DNA of 56,960 nt, filler included, from Sphacelaria rigidula (lineage: Eukaryota), in assembly GCA_964200075.2 (NCBI GenBank). It is 3 parts of 3 records of this genome, joined end to end, with 100 filler letters (N's around TTAATTAATTAA, not from the genome) between each part and the next. Parts side by side here need not be neighbours in the genome. Positions count along the whole stretch, not along the records: positions 38,050 to 56,960 come from CAXNAA020000765.1; 2 more parts are not named here. The stretch is one strand, 5' to 3'. Under the pieces are notes generated by a model. It was not told the origin of the DNA, ran no database searches, and saw only the letters and a program-made list of their open reading frames with translations. This document shows, in pieces, positions 46,301 to 56,960 of the stretch; position 1 is the first letter of the stretch; every line of letters begins with the position of its first letter. The translations under genes and the position numbers were made by a program.

Positions 46301-49300
46301 GCTGTCGATGGGTTGGGCTGGGAGGGGCAAGCTAGACAGGAAATCAGCGTTTGCGTTTTGAGGTCCTGTTCGATACTTCAGCGTGAAGTTGTAAGAAGAC
46401 AGGATTTCAAATCAGCGTTGGACCCGGGCGATGTGTCCCGTCACTTTGGCGAGGTTTTCCAAGACTTACGATCTGTATAAATCACGAACGGAATGTTATA
46501 CAAGTACTGACGGAGACGTCGCACTCCCCAAACAATCGCACTGACCTCTTGCTCCATGACCGATCAGTTTTGTGCGTTTGGGTAGGTGGTTCGACTCAAA
46601 TATACGATGTGGCGAATAATAGCATCTGGTTGTTCCTGCTCCAACGTGCAGCCAAAGCCAATTTTGGAGGAATCCGTGTGAAGCCGGGAAGGACGTGAAC
46701 CATTTTCAGCGGCCGACCAGTCTGGGAAAACCAAGATTGGTGGTCGCGACAGGGTGCCAAGTAGTTGACGTACTGTTTTCTCCTTTTCTGAGGTAGACAC
46801 GAATTCCACTCCTTTTTTGAGGAGGAAGGTGAGAGGTTTGAGGGTTTGGGCTAGGTTCGGCAAATACTGTCGGTATTAGCTCAAACCGCCGAGCAAGGAG
46901 CGCAGATGAGATGTATCCCGTGGCATTGGCATATTAGTAAGTGCGGCAACCTTATTGAGGTGTGGACTACGACCTTCAGGAGTGATTCAGTGGCCCAGGA
47001 ATTCAATGCTAGTCGCTCCAATGCGGGATTTGGACGGGGCAAGTTTCAAGTTGTGTTGTCCGAAGCGAGCAATGAAAGAGGCCAAGTTCTCGACGTGTTC
47101 GGAAAGGGTGCTTCAATGTATGACCGCATCGTCGAGGTACATATGGCACTTGGACAATTCATCTGTCACACGAAACATCACACGTTGAAATGCCCCGGGG
47201 GCGCCGGCGGCACCTTGTGGTGTTACCAACCATTCATACAGGCCTGACCGTGTACAAAACGCCGTCAGTTCTATAAATTGCGGATCCATTGCAAGTAGGT
47301 GGTAGCCGGACTGCATGTCAAAGTTTGAAAATACTCTATCCTCGCCGAGAGAGGCAATGGTCTTATCCATCCGGGGAAGAGGCAAACGTGCGATTTTGGT
47401 GACTGCGTTCAATCGTTGGTAATTGACCGTCGGTCGGATCTTACCGTTCTTCTTCCGGATGACAATAAGCGGCGAGGCTCACGGGAACGTCGAGTGCCGT
47501 ATTAAACCGGCGGATGAGTATCCGTCGAGGATAAACTGAGTGTCATCCGCTAAGAGGGGGTTTGTACGATACGGACGCGTAGCGATAGGTGGCATTCCAT
47601 CAGGAATTTCGATTTTGAACGGTGTAGTGGTGCAGCGGCCTAGATCTAGGGGCGCTATAATAAACCATTGAGAACATCTTACCACAATGGCGTGGAGCCT
47701 ATCGATCACCTTGGGAGTCCAACCCTCACCATGGAGATCAAAAGTAATGTGTCGCAAATGTGGGGGGATATCGTCCCATGAACGTTGGAAACTAACACGT
47801 TGCTCGGGCGATAATTTATCTAGCAATGCATTTGAGGGGTATGGGTCAGGTGCGATAGACGCATCGTCCACTACCATCGGGTGAGGTTTGTCTAACGGCG
47901 GAGAGTCCGCGTTGATCGAGGTGTCTGGTGGCATCTTCCGTTCGGTTGCCAGACACAGGTTTGACAAGCCTGTCCGTAAGAGGGGCGCCTGAGCAAAACC
48001 TAACAACTGACCGGGGAGTATATCGAAACATGCAGAGGACGTGAGAGGGTTGGATTGTCTACCTTCGTGGACGAATGCTTCGGTCTAATCGAAGGTGCCT
48101 ACATTATCAGCCGATTGTTCGGAGTTGATGGGTTCGACCAAGTATTGCCCAGTGAGGGCAGGGGATTCGTTCCGTCTCACAAGGTTCACATGTATGAGTT
48201 GGGGTTCAAGGGATAAGGAGGTTACGTTTTCGCCAACATAGTACAGTCGGAAAGCATCACCTGTTTGTGTTGGATCATCGACATAGGCATGCGCCCCCGA
48301 AGCAGTGTCGTGATATCCCAATTTCAACCTGCCAGTCTTGGGATGGTGCGAAACAGATGTGTCTGACGTGTATGTATGAGTGGAGCCAACTATCACGCCC
48401 CAGTAAAACATCAACCGACATGGGACCATCGGGTACTATGAGAGCCCACACGGATAATCGCGCAGTCGGACCCGTGTCATCGAAAAAAATCACACTTAGT
48501 CTTTCTGATCGATCAACCGTAAGTGAAGTGGAAGCAGCAAGCCCTCCGAAAACACGAGGGGAAACCGTAGAATCACAATGCGTGTCCGCAGCCCCCGCGT
48601 TGATCATTTGTTGCCAGCAGCTGGCGGTGATGAACGTTTGAGGCGAGCCTGAATCGGGCAACGCAACAGCTAATAAAGGGCATGTTACGTGCATTCCACT
48701 ATGTACACCTATTTTTGTTGTGAAGGAGACATCACCCATGATTGCAGTACCGTTGACTAGATCCGGTCCAAATTCTAGCAAGAAATCTGCGGATAAACCG
48801 TGCTTGTGATTGTGAGCGGCTGTGCTGAAATACACACGCTGGTGATCCTTCGGAGCGAGATTTCTGTCCGAAGGTGGGTTGGGGCGCGGAGTGTCGGTCG
48901 TAGTTGGTGAAGGATCTGTCGAGTGTTGAATTTCGTATACTGTAAGGGATGGACGATGCCTGGGAACGGCAGTTGTCGTGGCTGGCTGCGACAACTGGTG
49001 AGGTTAGTTTGAAATACCTCGGCCGGCCGCGACAAGTAGCGAAGCGTCTGTTTGCAAAGCTGGCGAAGGTACAGCATGAAGTGGGGGCAAACAAGGGGAC
49101 ATTTCGTCAAAGGGTGGAGGTGAGTTCGCTACAGTAGTCAATTCGCTACCCGTCTTAGTTGGGGACGACGTTGGTAGAATAGGGGACGAGCGGTCAAGCG
49201 TGGACGGCTCGTCAGTCACTACACCACGTTTTCCTTGTGATGAAGAACTAGACGGGGAGTTTTCATGACAAGGAGGCGAACGCACAATTGGCAGCGAGGT

Positions 49301-50650
49301 ATCTGACCCAACAGATGACAACGCTATTTTAAAGGTGGGTTTCCACATAGTGTGTGAGGGGTCGAAAGGGAGCAGTGTTGATCCGTTCGAAATCTGGGGA
49401 ACACCGGCCTGATCGACAGAATCGTTTTCATCCAATGAAACTCACACCCGTTCACGATTTCGGTGGACGGGTGCAACTGTACCTTCAGGGATATCTACAG
49501 GGTCATCCGGAGGAGCCCGCCGAGGGTGACGCGTATAGGGCACCAAAGATTCGGCTGCTCCGGGGGCTATTGAGAACTGGTCAAGGACAGTCCGCCCTCG
49601 GTCACGCTCGTGGCGCTTCACCGGCGCTGTTACTTGGGGTTCCTTCCCAACCCGCTGAGCGACGGAAAGTCAGGGTTCGACACGGTTGCGCTCCGTGCTC
49701 GAGAAATTACGCTCACCAAATAAAAGGGGACCGGGCACCGACGTCATTTCGTTCGTGGGTGTAACAGGGGTTGGCTTGGCACCTAAGTATGTTTGGGGGC
49801 TGGTGTGTGGCCTTGATTTTATTGTTCCGCGATGAACGGTCGCAGGGGTAACAGCTACCGCGACAAAAGATGTACCTGCTTCGGAGGTGGGAGGTGTTAC
49901 ACTACATGACTGCCGATCCCGTGGGGAGAAAGGATCCAACTGGCTATGATTAATACCACTCGGAGGTACAACTAGTTGATCAGCTCTAGAGTTAAAATAA
50001 TGGGGTTGGTCATTACGCAATTGGGAGTCATGCAACGATGCACGGGATTCTGCTGCCATAAAACCCATCATGATAGTCTGATCGAGCCCAGTGTACCCGC
50101 ACCACAAACTTGAACCTGTGCCGTACGACATTATTTCAGATCTGTGATGTGCGTCTACTGGCCGAGCGAAAGAAAAGGGGGGGTACTGTCCATCGTTGGT
50201 TCCCTAATGTGGGCCTGTGGCAGACATTGACGAATGAACGCGAAGTGTATTCAAAATAGGCAGATGACGATGGTCTAATTTTGAGGCAGTGGTGCACTCT
50301 GAATCGTTCCACTGTATGCTTATTTGAAAACGCGGGGTTCGGTAATTTCCAAAACATCATCCAATGGCGCGTGTAGCAGTGAAGGGACAGAAATCAATCC
50401 GGCGGGGCTCAACCGTTGTACAAGTCCAATCACGAGGGGGTGGGTGCCGTCTTATGGTTGACCCTGTACATACGGGTGAAAAGCGCCAAAATGAGTTATG
50501 GGTAGGCTTGGCCCGACCGCTTTTGCGCCCGAGCCTAAAAATACGACTGATTACACTGTGGGTTGAGATTGCTGTGATCACCACGGTGGTTACAATATCA
50601 AATCGGGGGTGGTTGTTTGAACCGCGCGAATCGCAATGTTGAGGGCGACG
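43390..50650 (-). mobile_element. Decayed Ty3/Gypsy retrotransposon (Gypsy-3), same lineage as Gypsy-2; LTRs not resolved
   Basis: Protease ALPDSGSPQTFI (about 48630-48665); RT (ATRPYR, LPLPRMD, TAFCT..GLYEW, MYLDD; 46870-47620); RNase H (LHTDSS); integrase (HECH..HLGV..CLLC, WDYFGP, FTDKFSR, LLSDND); LSLNWTGPWKVL; chromodomain-like then Tudor-like C-terminus. Confidence 0.93.
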
Positions 50651-51149
50651 GTTTTAGCGCATACGCCCGTGCTGTGAGGGTTTGGTCGAAAGAAAATAAT
50701 CTGAGCACACCGAACGCGTTTGTGAAACGCTTCTCACAGGTGCGCATCAAATATAAGGGTGCGCAATCAGCCGCGGTATACCCAGTATCTTCATGAAACT
50801 AAATGCCACAACATTGACATGTATCCTTACAAGGGCGGACCTAGTCAGCTTGAAGGAGGGGTCGACGTAACGGTTCCACATCGGTGTTTCGATAAGGTCC
50901 GTGGACGTGCTGATTTGATGTGCTTAACGCCAATTCCATGGTGCGAACAGCCAAGGAGAGAATCGACTGGTTATCACGACGGTGGTTGGTACCGTCGCTG
51001 AAGATATGACCTAACCCTCTGACTTATTTCATATATATATATGATCCATGTCAGCCAGCGAGACAGAACAGTGGGAACCACCCGTGCTGCTGAAATTTGA
51101 ATCAAGAAGGGCAAGAAAGTAAGAAAACGTCACGATTCCGTCATGCTCG

Positions 51150-54097
51150 TAGAAGTTCGAATGTCAGAGGTTGACTGCAGTAGATGGATTTTCTTCGCTA
51201 TACAGCTGGCTTCGAGGGGTGCCAGACAATAGATTGGTGCAGAACCACCGATCCGTTGGTGAGGTCTCGCACCCGGTATGTCAGCGATGGGCGATCCATT
51301 GTAGTGCTCAGCAGGATGCACTTATTTTGCGCGCGGGGCCAGCTTGTGTGGCGGATTGTGCCGGCGTAAGTAGCCGACGGTGCCGAACGAAAGAATCCCG
51401 GCGAAGGAAGGTTTCTGGTCACACCAGAGCTCGTAGGGCGTGAGTCCGGGGCCCAGTGACAATGTCACGCTCTTGTTCAATATGCTGGAGGCGTATTGCA
51501 TGGCTTGGGCCCAGAGGCGATCGGATTTTACTTCGTTGAGGCTGCAAAACAGGGCGACAGTTTTTTTGCGCAAAATTCCGAGAGCTCGCTCGGCGACCCC
51601 GTTGTACTGAGGGGTGTGAGGTGGCGTACGCTCGCACTTGATGCCCAGCTTGTTGACGAAATCTTGGAACTTCCCCTCAAATTCACCTCCACCGTCAGTA
51701 CGGATGATGCCGATCTAGATGCCAGCAGGGGCGATGTGCGTGGCGAGGATGTCCTCAAGTGCTGCAGTGATGTCGTTCTTATTCATAAAGCGTATGATGT
51801 TGAAATGGCTGTAGTCGTCGACACAGCATTGCGTAGCGACTACCGGAAAACGATGTGTTCGCGAAGGGTCCGGCAAGATCGATGAAGAATCGCCCAGCGC
51901 GCGTATCAGCGCGCGTGTCTGGGATCTTTGGCACAGCAAAGCGTCAAACTCATGATTCGGAGCAGGGCGTACATGGTCGCCACTCGCTTGTCAGCTGTAT
52001 TCCGGACATCTTGGCAGTCGCGTGCGTGATCTCCTCGCCAGGGTGTCCGAGTATCTCGTGGAAAACCATGATGTATTGGGCGTCGGGCTTCGGGCCGGGC
52101 TTCTTGCCAAGCATCGCTTGGTCATTTGGCGGTGACGCGTTGTTGGGCTTTGGCGTGGCAAGGCGGTGTCGAACTTTGATCCCGTGCAGGTCGCTCTCGG
52201 GGTGGAGCCTTCGAAACCTGAGCGACCTTGGTCCCTGCAGTGGTTTGATAGTGCTGGCTGCAGGGTACATTCGGAGGGACGCGTGGAGTGACTTGGAATG
52301 TTTTGTCACCGAAAGCAGGTTGTGGTTTCCCAGTTGAGGTACATGCACCAGGCGCCGTAGCTCGAAGTCCTCCGTGGTTCCAGTGAAATCGCCGGAATCT
52401 AAGTCAACTCCGAGGTGTAGTCGGTCGTATCCGGCGATGGGGAGGAATTTTCCGTCGGCGGTCTCCACGCGGTCGTTCGTTTAGGCCGTGTGATAGACGT
52501 GTAGATGAGCGGCGCTTGACGTCATGTGCTCCGTTGCTCCACTGTCGGCTACTCAGAACTCGTCGTCTCGACTCTTTTTGGCGATGAGTCCGCCGGTGGT
52601 GGATGTCTTGCCTAGCAGTCCGTCGCTGAGGGCACCTATCGAGTCCGCAGTCGTCATCATGCCTTGCTGACTGTCTTTCACACCTGCATTCTTGGGGCGA
52701 TTCGGACATTCGGAAGTCTTGTGTGGCCTTTCGCAATAGAAACACTCCGAGTTGGGTGTCTTGCGGTCTTCAGGTTTGTTCTGTCTTGTGGTATTGCCCG
52801 ACGGTTGGAGCTTCGTTTTCGGCCTCGGGTGCGGACGACCGCCTGAAATTCGCGGCAAGATGTTGCGTCGTGCCCGGGCTTGGAGCAGAGGACGCAGAAG
52901 GAAACAGATCTGTCGCTACCCGTGTTCGTAGTTATGAGTGCGTGTGGGCCTGCAGCAGTCTTTCCTCGCCCGAGATGCTCGTACTGGTTGAGGATCGTGC
53001 GTTTGATCCAGTCACTTCGGGCCAGTTGACTGAACTTCCGAGCATTCGAGCCTCCGCGTCGTACTGGCTTGTCAGCCCCGATATGATTACAACGTCGATA
53101 TTGTTTTCGTCGACGGGCCTTCCGACGCTCTCAATATCTCGAATGAGGCGATCGACTCTAAGTAGCTACTCCCGAGGGTCTACCCCGAGCTCCATTTTCG
53201 AACCGTAAAAATTCAAAATGATCTTTCGTTCTTTACTCCCACTTGCGTGGTAGTGTTTCACCAGCCTTCGCCAGGCTTGGCTGGAAGAAACAGAGGACTG
53301 TACAATCTCAAGGGCGGTTCCCTCACATCTGTGATCAGGGAAACCCACACCTGATTGGCCTTCATTAGAGAATCTGGGTCGATGCCGGTGCTGTCGAACT
53401 CCTTCTGTCTCACTATCATTTCTTCGTCGCTGGTGGCACTAAGCACATCGATGCATCCCAGCGCCATCAAGTGGGTCCGGTGTGCTTGGGACCAATCGTT
53501 CCAGTCGTCAGGTTCCCCGTCGAAATTCTGGAACTCAATGTAGGCGTTGGCCTGTCGTAAGGGGCGCTGCTGCTGCTGCTGGATTCTGTCCATCAGCGCT
53601 CGTTGCTGCTGTTGCCCCTGAACCTGGACTTGCTGCAACACTTGTTGTTGAAACTGATGTTGCTGTTGCATCATCGCTTGCATAGCAGCCATGGAGTTTG
53701 ACAGGTTGCCTTCTCCGATTGCGCGGTACTTGACGAGTGCCTCTCCATCTCTCTCTATTTCCGTAAAACCCCAAAGAGCTGGTGACCACCTCCGTTGGTA
53801 GTGAACCAAGTCACTCTCGATACCCAACTTGGGCAAGGAGATTTACTCGGCGTTCTATGCCCTACTGAGGAGAAGACTTGCCCAGCAGTAAGTTAGCTGT
53901 CAGAAGGAAGTCGGAAGGAAGTGAGCAAGGGAGGGGGGGGGCTGGTTTGCCTGCCTCGCTCTTCCTATCGCTCGACGTCTAGAAATTTCCTAGGGAAATC
54001 ACCCGTGCTAATCACCCGCTTGCCAGGGAAATCTGTGCGAAATCACCCGCTATTCTCGAAGTTTCTTTTTCTCGAATAACCCTTATCATTTCTGAAA
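51150..54097 (-). mobile_element. Decayed, 3'-truncated Ty1/Copia retrotransposon (Copia-2); RT/RNase H and 3' LTR not found
   Basis: Gag 52850-53836 (FDGEPDDWNDWS, AWRRLVKHY); knuckle CFYCERPHKTSEC; protease EF*VADSGATEHMT; FHEILGH...CTPC; integrase (CVDDYS, LWAQAMQYA..ILN, TPYELW). Confidence 0.9.
53898..54097 (-). repeat. 5' LTR of Copia-2 (about 200 bp)
   Basis: TGTCAGAA ... TTCTGAAA terminal inverted repeat (one mismatch), directly upstream of gag; internal repeated AATCACCCG. Confidence 0.65.
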
Positions 54098-54631
54098 CGT
54101 ACTTCACAAATCGTGCCTACCGGTGAATCTACCTAATTGGCAGAGTACACGGTATTCCTTAATACAGCGACCGTTTGATCCCAAAATGAGGGGATCGCAA
54201 GATACTAAGCATCCGCTCCACATTCCAGAAAAAATTATCTCTGCACTCATTATTGAACAACGTGCGGGCTAACCGGTTTTCGGGGGCCCTGCAACTCGGG
54301 TTCTGACCCCTGGGTGTTTAGTTCGATTTAAGCAATCCCCATCATTCTCGTGAACAAACGACTTTTTTTTACATTTACCCATTCGTTGCGCTAGAGCCGA
54401 AAAACTGTCCTTTTTTTGCTAGTGACGGTCGGTAACACCCCGTAATAAATGAGGTACTTACTCCGTATCACCTCGACAACAACAGTTGAGGGTTGTGTCC
54501 TGAACACGACTTGCTTCCTTTTCCAATATTTCCAATATCTCTCGACGCTAGGACTTTCGAGTACTAAGGGAAAATACGACGCGAGAAAAAAAACGAAAAT
54601 TGCCCAACCGAGCTCTGCACAGCACAAGGTT

Positions 54632-54980
54632 GGGGGAGGGGGGGGGGGGCGTAATCATTTGTCACTTGCCTTCGCCATTTGACCATTAACCACGTATCCC
54701 TTTTGAGACGGAGCACGGTTCCTAATCCTAATAGAGACACCTCTAACACCCAGGTGTTTGTTACGTTTCTTGCATACATTACACATGCATATTTCTCATA
54801 TCTTATCCCCCGTCTTGTTTCGCCGTCTGTGGCCACCGTTTATCTCCTAGTATAGCCATCGTTTGCTTCCTACTGTCTAGTGCATCAAAGAATTCCATAC
54901 CACCTTCGTTCCCGTTACCTAATCCCCCCTCTAGCACGTCCCGTTCCTCCTTGTATAGTTGACATTCCGCCACTGTTATG
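54632..54980 (-). mobile_element. 3' fragment of a non-LTR retrotransposon (LINE) ending in poly(C)
   Basis: Minus-strand translation ..VAECQLYKEERDVLE..AILGDKRWPQTAKQDG then (frameshift) ..GVSIRIRNRAPSQKGYVVNGQMAKASDK*. It resembles the region at and after a LINE ORF2 C-terminal zinc finger. The last 66 bp (54650-54715) differ from the short copies at 8 positions and are followed by a C-run. Confidence 0.75.
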
Positions 54981-56960
54981 GGCGCGCCTGACCCTCCAGA
55001 ATGGGCAAAACAAATGTCACCGACCAAAAGCACGAACAGACGCGAACAGACCGGCTTCTGGGGCTTATCCATGCTCGTGGAGTAAAAAGCACCCTACGTC
55101 ATTGGAAGAGAACGACATGGATCCAAAGTTCATATCGAAAAAAAGTGGACTGCCGTCTGAAACCAGAACCCTACCGTTATTTCCGTTGTTCCTCATGTAT
55201 TATATGCCACTGCGTCACCTTTCGTCCATGCTTGCGATACCCTGGCATGCAAGGAGGCTGATTGGGTTGAACCAACCCAACGCACACCGGGAACCCTCGG
55301 GCAAGGGCGGTACATACATTTCCTGAAGAAAGTGAGGCCTTAGTAGACCCCAAATCGGCTTCTGTGGCGCAGATTTCAACGAAAACGTATTATGCGCAGC
55401 CGAGGAATACACGGGACCGTCAGCCCTCCTGAAATTCCGGTTCTCGTTGTACGCACTCAAATCAAGTGATATCAACCATGGACATTTGTAGCCCAACGTG
55501 GGTAAGTGAAACCAGGAAGCTGAACCATTTTGGGGTGGATCAAAGTTGTCAACATGATGTGCTCAACATGCGACAGAGCCATATGTACTGAGGAACTTCA
55601 GCGAGGTCGGCCCTATCACAGACAAGTGGAGTGCAAATAGTCGCCGGGTGTGTAATGTGGGCTGGGCGGGTTTGGTCCACCACCTCGTCATGGCTTGAGG
55701 AGCTTGATTTATCGGCTGCCATGATTCTACAACTTTTGTCGGACGAATGACTCGCGTTCCAAAGTGTATTTGTTGTTCCATGGGCATCGCTTTTCATTTG
55801 ATGAATATGATATTAATTAGCTCTTTGACCCGACGGTTTGGTCACAGGCTGAATCGGCATCATGTTCCACTTGAAAAAAGTATGCATGGTCCAGATGGAC
55901 TACCCTTGCGGTCTAGGGGCTCATCGGGTTCCCAAGATGTTGTTTTGCAAGAGGGAATGAAAACAAACGGTCGTCCGTCACCCACCACTGCCGATACAAC
56001 AGATGCGTGTCTTAGGATGGGTGGGTTCACTAAAAGACATGATTGGGGCTTCGGTGCCATGTGGCTTCAGCGAAAGTGGGCCAACGACTTTGTGTCGTCT
56101 TGGCACAGTATACTTTCCCATTCGGGAGCGTGAGTCGGTCAATCTTGATCCTGGTGTGAAAACCGAAATCCGGATCTTTCATGGGAGCTGTTCTCCTAGC
56201 ATTGTACTAGCGTCCCTGAACGCGTTCTTGTCTAAGTCGGCGCCGGATGCGTCGATTCGAGGCCTGGCAACGCACCCTTCGCCTACGAAACACGTTGCAC
56301 CCGCCTTGCATGATGGCTCTCGGTATGCCTTCGTTAGGGCCAGTGTTGTAATTTGTTCTCTCCGCTGCTGCGAGGTCGCGAAGATAATTCTTGCTTCTGG
56401 GGGATCGATCAAAGGTTCAAATTCTGCAACATTCCATGTATCCGATGTATCAACCACCTGCACTATCACGAGTGTCATCTATTCCGAGGCCGTTACACAG
56501 GGGTGAGGTTTTCGCGTTTTGTCGAGACCGGCGAGGGCTGGGGGTGCGTGTTTGCGATCACAGCCCAGTCTGTTCCAGAGAATACTCATCGCCACGGCCA
56601 TCAATTGGGATGCGACGTTTTGCATCATTTACGCCAAGACGACAGCTGCAATTAAACTGGTTGATTTTTTTTTTCATCAGGATGCGAATTTTATAACGAA
56701 TTAAGTGAAAAAAAACATTTGTTTTTTCTCGATTTTCTCGCTCGCCGTAACGTCTTAGGTAAAACCAACCCGTAAAATTGCAGCTAGGACAAATACACGC
56801 CGGTGAGTAGCCGAGGCACGCCGTGGTTCGTCCTCCGGAACAAGAAAACTTAAAAAGCGTGAAATGAAAACCCTACTCAAATCACAAGTACTTCGAGGGA
56901 TTTTGCGGCGTGCATAGTCAGAGGATGAACCCCATCTCCGGTCTGTTCGTGCTTTTGGTC

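Noticed and set aside
3482-54649. All three poly(C) tails measure exactly 12 nt, suggesting a fixed tail length
   Set aside because: Unrelated G-runs at 3482, 4034 and 43327 are also exactly 12 nt, which points to homopolymer capping in sequencing or assembly. Tail length is not reliable.

Overview
Eukaryotic, repeat-rich genomic DNA, most likely from a brown alga (Phaeophyceae). This is inferred from element families, exon/intron style and composition, not proven. The window holds two decayed Ty1/Copia elements (about 1-6340 and 51150-54097, both minus) and three decayed Ty3/Gypsy elements (22260-26980 +, about 29900-37314 +, about 43390-50650 -). It also has several MITE/foldback elements, two degenerate short-motif arrays, two artificial 100-bp scaffold linkers and one multi-exon host gene of unknown function on the minus strand (about 10665-17250 or further). 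The most striking signal is a non-LTR retrotransposon family whose 3' tail is poly(C) rather than poly(A). Two identical 66-bp copies (8508-8573 and 37337-37402) are each flanked by a 16-18 bp target-site duplication that starts with a C-run and shares CCCCCC-N-GTACC. A longer, diverged 3' fragment of the apparent parent LINE lies at 54632-54980. Two related Gypsy elements also carry a chromodomain followed by a second Tudor/PWWP-like module after integrase.
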